From an uncultured virus (IMG/VR IMGVR_UViG_3300002835_000131) (taxonomy: Duplodnaviria; Heunggongvirae; Uroviricota; Caudoviricetes), in IMG/VR virus record IMGVR_UViG_3300002835_000131, positions 1-64,000 of that record: a DNA stretch of 64,000 nucleotides. One strand, given 5' to 3'. A program made the position numbers and the translations under genes. Under the pieces are notes generated by a model, which had not been told where the DNA came from, searched no databases, and saw nothing but the letters and a program-made list of their open reading frames with translations. Of the stretch, positions 28,329-38,357 are shown piece after piece; within the stretch, counting starts at the first letter, position 1, and the number at the start of each line of letters is the position of its first letter.

Positions 28329-29333
28329 ATGGGCGCTTACAAACAATTTTTAGCATCTGATATCGTAGTAACTCCCTTCGAAGTGAATAAAGCATTCAAC
28401 TTCGAGGGAGCAGCCGCATTAACTGCTTCTGGTGTTGGAATTGATAGATTTTTAGGAACTAATATAACAGGAGCTTTTAATCTTGCTTCTGCTCCTACAA
28501 CAGGACAAGTATCAACTCAATATCAAAGTTTAGTATATAATTCAATTAAAGAATTATATTATACAAACTACTTAAGTTCAAGTTATGGTGATAATGTAAA
28601 TACAGCTAGTTTAATACCTGGAGCTGATACAGCAGGAGATAGATATGTTGGTACCACACAAACACCTAACTATTTTAACTACTTACAAACTACATTAACT
28701 TACCAAAGATATTTTCCTACAGGTTCAAATGATATTATAGGTGTTATATCTATTCCTTCACGTTTATTTGGAGATTATATTCAACCTAAGTCATTTGTTT
28801 ATACTACACCTAGTGGTAGCATAACAGATGATGGAGAAGGTAATATAATAGATGAAAACTTAGAAATTATAGGTAATATATTTTATTATCAAGGACTTAT
28901 AACTATTACAACTTCTAATCCTATAGGATATGGATTTGTAACTTATGGTAATACACTTTATGGTGGTCAAGCAGGAGATAATACTTCAATTTTAGAATAT
29001 GTTACTGGTAGCAATATAACTTGTTCATTCTCTAGTTCATATAAAATATATGAAACACAATATAAATGTACAATGAGAGAAAATGAATTTAATTTTTCTC
29101 AAAATCCAAGTTTATCCTCAGGTAGTACATTAATATCAAGTTCAATGGGTACTTTCTTTACTCCAGGACAATATTTAACAGATAACGTAACAGGTTCTTA
29201 TTTTTCACCTTATGTAACAACAGTAGGTTTATATGATGAAAATCAAAACTTATTAGCAGTAGGAAAACTATCCCAACCCTTACCTGTATCACCTACTACA
29301 GATACAACAATATTAATTAATTTAGACAGATAA
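28329..29333 (+). CDS. baseplate/tail-collar-like structural protein (paralogue of previous)
   Basis: EFNFSQNPS and YVTTVGLYDE..LLAVGKLSQP shared with 27291-28325. Confidence 0.65.
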   Translation: MGAYKQFLASDIVVTPFEVNKAFNFEGAAALTASGVGIDRFLGTNITGAFNLASAPTTGQVSTQYQSLVYNSIKELYYTNYLSSSYGDNVNTASLIPGADTAGDRYVGTTQTPNYFNYLQTTLTYQRYFPTGSNDIIGVISIPSRLFGDYIQPKSFVYTTPSGSITDDGEGNIIDENLEIIGNIFYYQGLITITTSNPIGYGFVTYGNTLYGGQAGDNTSILEYVTGSNITCSFSSSYKIYETQYKCTMRENEFNFSQNPSLSSGSTLISSSMGTFFTPGQYLTDNVTGSYFSPYVTTVGLYDENQNLLAVGKLSQPLPVSPTTDTTILINLDR

Positions 29334-29791
29334 TGTTAACATTACCAACTTGGGTTTACAATAGTAAACCCATCACTAACCTCAACGATTTTCCTAAAGA
29401 TACATTTGGATTTATTTATATAGTTAAAAATACTGATACTAATAAATCTTATATAGGTAAAAAAGTATTATACCATAATAAAAAAGTAAAATTAGGTAAA
29501 AAAGAAGTAGCCGAATTAACTGGTGTTGGCCGTAAACCAACTACTAAAATAATAACCAAAGAATCAGATTGGGAAACATATTACGGCTCTAATAAAGAAG
29601 TAATGCAATTAATTAAAGACGGTAAACAAGATTTGTTCACTCGCACTATAATTAAATTAGCACCTAATAAAAAATTACTAACTTACTACGAAACACAAGC
29701 CTTATTTACATATAAAGTATTAGAACACCCAGAATCATTCTATAATGATAATATATTAGGTAAGTTCTTTACTAAGGACTTTACACTATAG
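29333..29791 (+). CDS. GIY-YIG-family nuclease-like protein
   Basis: GFIYIVKN..SYIGKK; DW.TYYGS; YNDNI. Confidence 0.7.
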   Translation: MLTLPTWVYNSKPITNLNDFPKDTFGFIYIVKNTDTNKSYIGKKVLYHNKKVKLGKKEVAELTGVGRKPTTKIITKESDWETYYGSNKEVMQLIKDGKQDLFTRTIIKLAPNKKLLTYYETQALFTYKVLEHPESFYNDNILGKFFTKDFTL

Positions 29792-29828
29792 TTTGGCTTT
29801 TTAACCATTCTTTCGTATAATATGAGGT

Positions 29829-30758
29829 ATGGTAAATCAACTACTTGTAAATTTAGTAAACTCGGTTTTAGGCATTAGTAAATCTACATCAAAAGGCAAC
29901 TACGCGTATCATTGTCCTTTCTGTAATCACCATAAACCTAAGTTAGAAATCAATTTTACTGAATCAGATAAAAGTGAAAATCCATGGCATTGTTGGAGTT
30001 GTAATAAAAAAGGTAAATCATTAATTAATTTATTTAAAGCAATACATGCTGATCCTGATAAGTTAGCAGAACTAAGACCATTAGTTAAATACACATCAGG
30101 CGAAAAAATAGTACAAACTGCAACTATTTTAAAATTACCTCAAGAATTTAAACCATTAACTAATATATCTGATAGTAATATTATAGGTAAACATGCTTTA
30201 AATTATATTAAAAAACGAGGTATAACAGAAGATGATATATTAAAATATAATATAGGTTATTGTGAGGGTGGTAAATTTAATAAAATGATTATTTTACCAT
30301 CATATGATGCTACGGGCAAATTAAATTACTTTACTGCTCGTAACTTTGATAAAACATCAAGTCTTAAATATAAGAATCCAGATGTGTCACGTAACGTTAT
30401 ACCATTCGAACTGTTTATAAACTGGAATACACCGATTATACTGTGCGAAGGAATGTTTGACGCCATTGCTATTAAACGAAATGTTATACCGTTATTAGGC
30501 AAGAATATACAGTCTACGTTGATGTTAAAGCTAGTAGCATCATCTGTTAAGAAAATTTACGTAGCTTTAGATAGAGACGCATTAAGAGAAGCATTACAAT
30601 TTTGTGAACAATTAATAAATGAAGGCAAAGAAGTATATTTAGTAGATTTAGATGGTAAAGATCCAAGCGAATTAGGATTTAGACATTTTACTGAATTAAT
30701 ACAGAACACCTATCCCCTAACCTTTTCAGGCTTGCTTGAAAAAAAATTATCATTATGA
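29829..30758 (+). CDS. DNA primase
   Basis: Zn finger CPFC..HCWSC; Toprim CEGMFDA, LDRD, KDP; early-type promoter at 29792. Confidence 0.9.
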   Translation: MVNQLLVNLVNSVLGISKSTSKGNYAYHCPFCNHHKPKLEINFTESDKSENPWHCWSCNKKGKSLINLFKAIHADPDKLAELRPLVKYTSGEKIVQTATILKLPQEFKPLTNISDSNIIGKHALNYIKKRGITEDDILKYNIGYCEGGKFNKMIILPSYDATGKLNYFTARNFDKTSSLKYKNPDVSRNVIPFELFINWNTPIILCEGMFDAIAIKRNVIPLLGKNIQSTLMLKLVASSVKKIYVALDRDALREALQFCEQLINEGKEVYLVDLDGKDPSELGFRHFTELIQNTYPLTFSGLLEKKLSL

Positions 30759-31543
30759 TAGAAAAAAATGTAAACATTAACAAAAAACATGTTAAACGTA
30801 TTTTAGAAGCGGATGTAGATTCTAAACGAGTTAATATATTAGACAGTAGATTCTATAGTAGACATGGAAATTATTATCCATCTGTTACTAATATTTTACA
30901 ATTTATGCCAAAAAATAAATATTTTGAAAATTGGCTTAAAGATGTAGGACATAACGCAGATATTATTGCTCGTAGAGCAGCTGAAGAAGGTACTCAAGTA
31001 CATGACGCCGCTGAAAGATATCTTAAAGGCGAAAAACTACAATGGTTTGATGAGAAAGGAACATCTATTTATTCATTAGATGTATGGAAAATGATTTTAA
31101 AATTCCATGATTTTTGGAGTACTTATAAACCAACTCTAATAGAGAGTGAAATCCATTTATTCTCAGACCAATTTATATATGCTGGTACTTGTGATTTAGT
31201 ACTTGAAATTAATGGTGAAAAATGGATGGTAGATATTAAAACATCAAAATCATTACATACAAGTCAAGAATTACAATTAGCTGCTTACTCACAAGCATGG
31301 AATGAAAACTTTGAAGAGAAAATAGAACGTGCAGGTATATTGTGGTTAAAATCAGCTAAACACGGTCCTGATAAAAATAATAAAAAAATTCAAGGTAAAG
31401 GTTGGGAATTAGCAGAATCTGAGCGTAGCATTGAAGATAATTTAACATTATTTCATTCAATTCATAATCTATTTAAATTAGAAAACCCAAACCCACGCCC
31501 ATCATCTGAACAGTATCCTACAGAAATTCAAATAGGAGTATAA
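30755..31543 (+). CDS. PD-(D/E)xK exonuclease
   Basis: YPSVT, GT.VH, AGTCDL, DIKTS, QLAAY. Confidence 0.85.
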   Translation: MIEKNVNINKKHVKRILEADVDSKRVNILDSRFYSRHGNYYPSVTNILQFMPKNKYFENWLKDVGHNADIIARRAAEEGTQVHDAAERYLKGEKLQWFDEKGTSIYSLDVWKMILKFHDFWSTYKPTLIESEIHLFSDQFIYAGTCDLVLEINGEKWMVDIKTSKSLHTSQELQLAAYSQAWNENFEEKIERAGILWLKSAKHGPDKNNKKIQGKGWELAESERSIEDNLTLFHSIHNLFKLENPNPRPSSEQYPTEIQIGV

Positions 31544-31571
31544 GTATTAATATTTATATATAAACATTAAG

Positions 31572-32534
31572 ATGATTTCTTTAATTGAGCTTTTAAAATC
31601 AATAACTTTAGAAGGTGGCAACGTATTTGGCACCACCTCTAGTATCAAAAAAGAATACATCCAACCCACTCTTAAAAATTTCACTGCTGAATTAAATAAA
31701 GTATACCCAAAAGTAAAATTTAACTTTAATACTTTAGGTTCAGTTGGTAAAAAAGATGAATCTGGTGATATTGATTTAGGTATGAGTGTTGACCAATTTA
31801 TGGATAAAGATGGTAATCCATTATTATCTAATTGGAATATTGATAAAGCTGAATTTGACACTCTATATGAAAAAATTAGAAAACGTTCACGTTCAGCATC
31901 AGAAACTCAAAGCAAATTAAGAGCTATGTTAGAATTAATAGCTACTAATCTTGAAAAGAAATCAGAATATATAGACACTGATTTAAAAGCAGCAGGTAAT
32001 GGCTCAATATTTTGTAATTTTCCTCAATACAATGAAAAAGGAGAAATACTTAATGATAAATCAGTACAAATAGATATTAATGTAGGTAATTTAGATTGGC
32101 TAAATTTTAGTTACTATTCAAATACCTATAAAGATAATGTAAAAGGTTTACATAGAACCCAATTAATGGTAGCTATGTTCCAAGCATTAAATAAAACTTT
32201 TAGTCATGGTACTGGTGTTAAGGATAAAGAAACAGGAGATATAGTAGCGACTAATCCTCAAGAAGCATTAGATGTATTAAACCAAGGATTTAAACTTAAT
32301 TTATCTCAAGATGTATTAAATGATTATTTTGAGTTAATGGATGTTTTAAAGAAAAAACTACCTAAAGATAAATTAAATCAAGTATTAGATATATATTTAA
32401 GAATATTAGACTCAACTAGAGCTGATATTCCATTAGATCTTCAAGAATATTGGATTACTAATCAAAGTCGCTTAGGTCTTAAAGGTAAATTTTTACCTGA
32501 TGATTCTAATTTAAATAAATATAAAGCAGCATAA
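31572..32534 (+). CDS. Pol-beta-superfamily nucleotidyltransferase
   Basis: LGSVGKKDESGDIDL (GS..DxD) and third Asp in VQID. Confidence 0.75.
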   Translation: MISLIELLKSITLEGGNVFGTTSSIKKEYIQPTLKNFTAELNKVYPKVKFNFNTLGSVGKKDESGDIDLGMSVDQFMDKDGNPLLSNWNIDKAEFDTLYEKIRKRSRSASETQSKLRAMLELIATNLEKKSEYIDTDLKAAGNGSIFCNFPQYNEKGEILNDKSVQIDINVGNLDWLNFSYYSNTYKDNVKGLHRTQLMVAMFQALNKTFSHGTGVKDKETGDIVATNPQEALDVLNQGFKLNLSQDVLNDYFELMDVLKKKLPKDKLNQVLDIYLRILDSTRADIPLDLQEYWITNQSRLGLKGKFLPDDSNLNKYKAA

Positions 32535-35500
32535 TGTCAGGTTCAGCAGGTGGAAATAGAATATCTAGGGCAGCAGTAGAAAAAACTGTTCAAGATTATA
32601 TAAATAAAGTATTATCTAAATTCCCTGGATTTAAGGACGCTAAAGCAACTGGTTCTTATAATACAGGAACTAAACAAGACTTTGGTGACATTGATTTAAT
32701 TGTTCATTTAGATAGTAATGATAAAAAATTAGCTAAACAAGATTTAGCTAAATATTTTGCTTCTCTCCCTGATTCAGTTATTGTACCTTTTAAAAGTAAT
32801 AAATATAAAGGAAAAAAATCACTTAGTAGTGGTGAATTAGTAACTGTATTATACCCTATAGTTGGTATGTCTGATGAATTTGTTCAAATAGATAATATTA
32901 TTTCTACTAGTGAAGAAGAATCAACATTTAAAAATACATTCTTAGATTATCCAGCTGAAGTACAAGGTTTACTTTTAGGTTTAGCTAAAGTAATTTGTTT
33001 AGAAGAAGATCCTAAAAAAATATTCACTAGATTAGGTATTACTAATGTACCTGAACTTGAAGCGAATCAAGAATATGAATTTAATTTATCAAGTGCTGGA
33101 TTAACATTACGTATAGTAACATTAGATAATTTTAAAGAACTTAATAGAACTGAGGTTTGGAAATCTTCAAATTGGAGTATTGTTAAAAAATTATTTGACA
33201 ACTACAATATAGATGGTGATTTTAAAACATTATTACAAGATTTAAAATCTAAATTAAAAAACGAACGTTCTAAAAATAGAATAAAAGGTATATTTAAATC
33301 AATGGTGTCTATTAAAAGTGGAGAAGTTGATACACCTAAAGGTGATAATAAACAAGCAGCATTAGACGCAGTTAGTAGTTTATTAGAAAATAAATTATTT
33401 AAAGGATTAGTTAGAGAATTAATCTTACCTTTAATTGAAGCAGATTCAAAGAAAACAGTAGCACTTTATGGTGGTGGTTTTAAACCACCTCACAAAGGTC
33501 ATTTTGAAGTTGTTGAAAAAGCATTAGAGCAATTTCCTCAAATAGATGAATTTATTATTTATGTTGGTTCTGGAACAAGAGATGGAATTACTCAAGCTGA
33601 ATCACTTTTAACTTGGGATATATATAAAAAATACTTACCTTTAAAAGTAAAAGTAGAACCAGCTAAATCACCAATTACAGCTATATATGAGTATATTGAA
33701 AATCATCAAGATGAAGATGTAATATGGGTTATTGGAGCTAGAGATGGTAAAGATGATGATTTTGTAGACTTAGCATCAAAAACTAAAGGTATAGGTAAAT
33801 ATGAAAATGTTGAATTAGCTCCTATAATTACTCAATCAGATACAAGTGGAACTGATGCTCGTCAAGCATTAAAAAAAGGACAAGAAGCATTTTTATCTTT
33901 TATTCCTGAAAAAGTAAAAGAAAAAACAGAAATATTTAATACTTTATCTACTGTCATTCAAGAACTAGTAACAGCTACAGAAGTTATTTGTGATAACTGT
34001 GGCTGGACCTGGAAATTAGCTGATGGTGGTAAGGATTTATATATTTGCCATAACAAATTACCAGATGGTAGTATATGTGGACATGATAATAATCCTGATT
34101 TAAATGAAGGAACTTGTGATTATGATACAGATGTTAAAACAGGTAAAAAATTAGATACACCTGGTGGATTAGAAGAAGGTAAGCAAGTTGGTCCTTTATA
34201 TCACTACACATCAGCCGATGGATTAAAAGGCATCCTTCAGTCTAATAAAATAAATACCTCTGAAGAAAATTATTTAGGTAATGAATTATATTATATTTCA
34301 TTTACTCGTAATAAAAATTTCTATAAAAAAGGATCTAATTTTGGAGTAAAAACAGATTATAGAATTACATTAGATGGAGACAAATTATCTGACAAATATA
34401 AAATAACACCTTTTGCCTACAGACCGGGATGGAACTATGAAGACAATTGGGAATATAATTGGTTAGAAGATGAACCTGAAAGTGTAGTGAGAGATTTCTT
34501 TAATAATACTGGTGATTATGATGAACAAGAAGAAAGAATATCTTTTAAAGGTCCTGAAGGTGGAATTGATAACATAAAAAATTATATCTTAGCTGTTAAT
34601 AAAGTAGAAGATTTAAAAGAAGGTATTATATCATTAAGTGATGAAGAAGAAACAAAATTAAGAAATTTAATTCCTATTTTTATACAAGCTTTAAAAGAAA
34701 AAGACTTTAAAGTAGGATTAACTAATCCTATCAAATACAAAATGGCTTCAGGAGAAGAAGCAGAATTTGTACCATACATTTATGATGATGGTGACACCCG
34801 ATCAGCAGCTAAGTTTTTAACACAAGATAATACTAATTTTAAAGATAATTTTATAGGAATTAATGGAAATTATTGGTTTCCTGCTTTTGAAGGAACATTA
34901 GAATCTATTTGGAAAACATTAACTGGAGATAATCCTAAAGAAGCTCTTTTATCTTCTTTACGTCATGAATTAATTCATGCAAAAGATCCAGCTGTAAATC
35001 ACAAGCCATTAAAAACTAAATATGACCCTTCAAAACCAGAATTATATTATGGTACTTGGGAAGAATTTCCATCACAAACAGGTGAATTTTTAGAAGCTAT
35101 AAAATTTAATAGTTATGAATATATAAATAATAATAAAGATAATTTAAAACAAGCTGTACTTGAGTTAAACTCTTATTATCAAGATATTTTAGATTTTTAT
35201 TCTGGTAAAAATAAAATGTTTAATAAAAGTACAATGGATTGGTTATCTAAAGGAGAAAAAGGTAATGATATTCAAAAATTTATAAGAAAAATAGCAGATT
35301 GGGGAGGATGGTTTTTAGGAATAAATACAAATCCAGGGTGGGATTCAAGAAGTACATTAACTAATTTTCACTCAAATATAGAACAAATAAGAAAATATAA
35401 TCCAGAAGGATATAAAGAATTTCAAAAAGATTTATATAAAACAATTCAAAATACTATTGATTATATTAATACAAAATTACCTAAAGATAGTCCGTTATTA

Positions 35501-35917
35501 AAAGCAGGTGGACAAGGAAAATTAAAAGAAGGTAAAGAAAATAATGACTATAAAAAATATATTCCTGAATTAACTAAATATATGGTTAATCAAGGAATGA
35601 ATATTAAGCCATTACCTGTTGTTAAATTTATTAACAATGATAAAGCAAATGCTGAAAATGTATTTGGCAAAACAGCATTTTACAGCCCAGAAGAAAAATC
35701 AATTACTTTATTTACTATGAATAGACATCCTAAAGATGTTTTACGTTCATTTTCACATGAAATGATACATCATGAACAAAATTTAGATAATAGATTAAAT
35801 AATATAGGTACAACAAATACAAATGAAGACGGAGATTTACCTGAAATTGAAAGAGAAGCTTACAAAAAAGGTAATATGATGTTTAGAAATTGGGAAGACA
35901 GTATTAAAAATAAATAA
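32534..35917 (+). CDS. multidomain protein: Pol-beta NTase + HIGH-type nucleotidyltransferase + Cys-rich module + ART-like + two HExxH domains
   Basis: TGS..GDIDL..VQID; GGFKPPHKGH..SGT.AR; CDNC; LYHYT..ISFTR..EQEE; HELIH; HEMIH. Confidence 0.7.
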   Translation: MSGSAGGNRISRAAVEKTVQDYINKVLSKFPGFKDAKATGSYNTGTKQDFGDIDLIVHLDSNDKKLAKQDLAKYFASLPDSVIVPFKSNKYKGKKSLSSGELVTVLYPIVGMSDEFVQIDNIISTSEEESTFKNTFLDYPAEVQGLLLGLAKVICLEEDPKKIFTRLGITNVPELEANQEYEFNLSSAGLTLRIVTLDNFKELNRTEVWKSSNWSIVKKLFDNYNIDGDFKTLLQDLKSKLKNERSKNRIKGIFKSMVSIKSGEVDTPKGDNKQAALDAVSSLLENKLFKGLVRELILPLIEADSKKTVALYGGGFKPPHKGHFEVVEKALEQFPQIDEFIIYVGSGTRDGITQAESLLTWDIYKKYLPLKVKVEPAKSPITAIYEYIENHQDEDVIWVIGARDGKDDDFVDLASKTKGIGKYENVELAPIITQSDTSGTDARQALKKGQEAFLSFIPEKVKEKTEIFNTLSTVIQELVTATEVICDNCGWTWKLADGGKDLYICHNKLPDGSICGHDNNPDLNEGTCDYDTDVKTGKKLDTPGGLEEGKQVGPLYHYTSADGLKGILQSNKINTSEENYLGNELYYISFTRNKNFYKKGSNFGVKTDYRITLDGDKLSDKYKITPFAYRPGWNYEDNWEYNWLEDEPESVVRDFFNNTGDYDEQEERISFKGPEGGIDNIKNYILAVNKVEDLKEGIISLSDEEETKLRNLIPIFIQALKEKDFKVGLTNPIKYKMASGEEAEFVPYIYDDGDTRSAAKFLTQDNTNFKDNFIGINGNYWFPAFEGTLESIWKTLTGDNPKEALLSSLRHELIHAKDPAVNHKPLKTKYDPSKPELYYGTWEEFPSQTGEFLEAIKFNSYEYINNNKDNLKQAVLELNSYYQDILDFYSGKNKMFNKSTMDWLSKGEKGNDIQKFIRKIADWGGWFLGINTNPGWDSRSTLTNFHSNIEQIRKYNPEGYKEFQKDLYKTIQNTIDYINTKLPKDSPLLKAGGQGKLKEGKENNDYKKYIPELTKYMVNQGMNIKPLPVVKFINNDKANAENVFGKTAFYSPEEKSITLFTMNRHPKDVLRSFSHEMIHHEQNLDNRLNNIGTTNTNEDGDLPEIEREAYKKGNMMFRNWEDSIKNK

Positions 35918-35936
35918 AACAAAATAAAAAGATAAT

Positions 35937-36332
35937 ATGAAAAAATTAATTGACCTTTTAAGAGAAAATTTAGAAGAAGAAACAATGGAAACAAAAGAAA
36001 TTATCACTAAAAACTATGATGTAGTTGATGAAGTAGGTAAATTCTTTGTTGTATCTAAACCAGGTACTAAATCTACAAAAGAAGAAATAATGTTTGAAGC
36101 TGATCTTTTTTCATTAGCTGAAAAAATTAAAAATGGCTTAACATATGAAAATATCATGGGTATGTATAAAAACAAATCAGATGCTGGCAGAACAGCTACT
36201 ATGGTTTTAAAAGAACGTGATATGCAAATTGATGAGTTAAAATCATCAATGGATGAATTTAGAACATCTAAAAAAGATATTGATGAGAAAAAAGCTAAAG
36301 CTAAAGAATTAATTCAAAAATTAAAGCAATAA
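35937..36332 (+). CDS. hypothetical (probable head-internal) protein
   Basis: N-terminus MKKLIDLLRE. Confidence 0.7.
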   Translation: MKKLIDLLRENLEEETMETKEIITKNYDVVDEVGKFFVVSKPGTKSTKEEIMFEADLFSLAEKIKNGLTYENIMGMYKNKSDAGRTATMVLKERDMQIDELKSSMDEFRTSKKDIDEKKAKAKELIQKLKQ

Positions 36333-36333
36333 T

Positions 36334-36975
36334 ATGGCTTACAAATATAAATTAAGAGAAGAAGAAGCAGAAACTACACCTTCAAATCGTGAACAAGTAA
36401 ATTACGATATTGTAGTTACTCCTAATAGTGTTTCTGTAGAAGATACAGTTAAGGCTTTAGAAACATTAGATAACTATGGAATGTATGTTTCTAACATGCG
36501 TAATAAATCATCTATACAAAAAGCTATAGAAGATCACTTTGGTCCTGTTATTCCTGCTAAACGCAAGAAAATGGAAAGAGATCAAGGTTTTCCTTTTCCT
36601 GTTAAAACTAAAACATCAATTGATGATTTTGTTAAATCACATACTTCTAAACCTACATTATTAAAATATAAAGTTAAAGATGATACTATTGTTTTCCCTA
36701 AATCAGGAAATCCAGCTAAAGACTTAACTAAAAAAATTATTGATGTAGTAATGAAAAATGCTAAAATTAATTATTCAATAGTAGATAAAGAAGCAGTTGA
36801 TGAATCAGCAGATAAATTAGATCAAGAAGCAAAATTATATTTTATGCAACAGTTTAAAGCAGGTAAAATTAAAGAATTACCTAAAGATCCTAAAGCTGAG
36901 TATATGAAAGTTAAAATGACTAAAAAAGAATTACAAGAAGTCATTAGAGAACAAATAAAAAATCTAATAAAGTAA
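36334..36975 (+). CDS. hypothetical (probable head-internal) protein
   Basis: YKYKLRE N-terminus; C-terminal MTKKELQEVIREQI. Confidence 0.7.
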   Translation: MAYKYKLREEEAETTPSNREQVNYDIVVTPNSVSVEDTVKALETLDNYGMYVSNMRNKSSIQKAIEDHFGPVIPAKRKKMERDQGFPFPVKTKTSIDDFVKSHTSKPTLLKYKVKDDTIVFPKSGNPAKDLTKKIIDVVMKNAKINYSIVDKEAVDESADKLDQEAKLYFMQQFKAGKIKELPKDPKAEYMKVKMTKKELQEVIREQIKNLIK

Positions 36976-36978
36976 TAA

Positions 36979-37548
36979 ATGTCAGAATCAGTTTTAAAAA
37001 AAGAATTTAAAGAAAAAGATGTACAACGTCTTCGTAATTTAGTTCAAGGTAAATATGGTGAAAAAACTAGTACTAGTATTGGTTTTACCAAACAACAAGA
37101 GTTTCATAATGAAGGAGATGTATGGGAAGAAGATAGTCGTAAATGGACTATTAAAAATGGTATAAAACAAAATGTTACAAAATTGGATAAAGCAAAAGCT
37201 CAAATCCATTTACCCTTGTTTTGCCCTGAATGCTCTAAAGTAATGAAACACCGTTATGATAAACAGTTTTATATTCAATATAACAGATGTTTTAATTGCC
37301 AAATAGAATTTGAAGGTACAATAAAAGCAAAAGGATTATGGGTTGAATATGAAAAAAATATATTAAATTCTGATATTGATAGTATAATTAAAGATTTTAA
37401 TATTTGGATTGATGAAAAAATAGATACCAAAATGGAATCTTATATTACAGAGGCAGGAGATGTAGAATCATGGAACGGTTCAGACAAAGCACAATTATTA
37501 AAGAATAAAGAACAAACAATAGAATACCTACAAAGTTTAAAAAAGTAA
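36979..37548 (+). CDS. hypothetical protein with CxxC..CxxC Zn finger
   Basis: CPEC..CFNC. Confidence 0.7.
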   Translation: MSESVLKKEFKEKDVQRLRNLVQGKYGEKTSTSIGFTKQQEFHNEGDVWEEDSRKWTIKNGIKQNVTKLDKAKAQIHLPLFCPECSKVMKHRYDKQFYIQYNRCFNCQIEFEGTIKAKGLWVEYEKNILNSDIDSIIKDFNIWIDEKIDTKMESYITEAGDVESWNGSDKAQLLKNKEQTIEYLQSLKK

Positions 37549-38153
37549 TGGATATAATAACGGCAGTGATAGTTGCATTTATAACAGCAGTAATAGGACC
37601 AATAGCAATGACTTGGGTTAAAACTAAATTAGAAAGAAAAAAGCAAGATCCATTAGCTGAAGCTATTGAACATAATGCATTAATCGACCATCAAGTTGAT
37701 AATTTATTTGACCAATTAAATTGTGACCGTGTATGGATATCACAATTCCATAATGGTGGGCATTTATATCCTACAGGTAAATCATTACAAAAATTTTCAA
37801 TATTATATGAAAAAGTAAGCATTGATGTAGCATCTGTTAAAGAAGTATACCAAAATATTCCTACATCATTATTTAGTAAAGCATTTTCTACATTATATAG
37901 AGAAGGTGAAATTACATTACCTCATTATGATGCTGATAAAGCTCAAAATTTATTCCCTGTAGACAAAACATGTGGAACTAAATCATTTTATGCTCTTGCT
38001 ATACATGATTTGCATGATCAGTTTATAGGTGTGTTAGTTATTGATTATGTTAATGAAAATCATACATTAACGCTAGAAGAATGGATATTTATAAGACAGA
38101 AGATAGGTGCTATAGGTACACTACTAAGTAATTACTTAAAAACTAAAAAATAA
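37548..38153 (+). CDS. TM + GAF-like domain protein (architecture like T4 holin T)
   Basis: N-terminal TM; CDRVWISQFHNG; FIGVLVIDY. Confidence 0.55.
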   Translation: MDIITAVIVAFITAVIGPIAMTWVKTKLERKKQDPLAEAIEHNALIDHQVDNLFDQLNCDRVWISQFHNGGHLYPTGKSLQKFSILYEKVSIDVASVKEVYQNIPTSLFSKAFSTLYREGEITLPHYDADKAQNLFPVDKTCGTKSFYALAIHDLHDQFIGVLVIDYVNENHTLTLEEWIFIRQKIGAIGTLLSNYLKTKK

Positions 38154-38356
38154 TGGGTACATTTAACACATATAAATATTTTAACAATCGTCGTTTAGTT
38201 GAAAATAATGAGATGATGGAAGAAGATATATTAAATCCTGTAATTAAATTTGATGTTAGTGAAAAACTATATAAAATATTAAAGGATAATCCTGATTTAC
38301 TAGACACTAGTATGTCACAATTTCACTACAAAATTAATGATCTATTAAGTAAATAA
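38153..38356 (+). CDS. hypothetical protein
   Basis: Stop/start-coupled ORF. Confidence 0.6.
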   Translation: MGTFNTYKYFNNRRLVENNEMMEEDILNPVIKFDVSEKLYKILKDNPDLLDTSMSQFHYKINDLLSK

Positions 38357-38357
38357 T

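Noticed and set aside
20312..29333. Diversity-generating retroelement acting on tail genes
   Set aside because: No reverse transcriptase and no template/variable repeat pair noticed in this window
30755..31543. Cas4 / CRISPR adaptation gene
   Set aside because: No Fe-S cysteine cluster and no array; adjacent to primase, so a replication/recombination exonuclease is more likely
31572..35917. CBASS/cGAS-like defence operon
   Set aside because: Only the generic Pol-beta motif is visible and no Cap effector or Cap2/Cap3 genes are recognisable; cannot be supported without structural comparison
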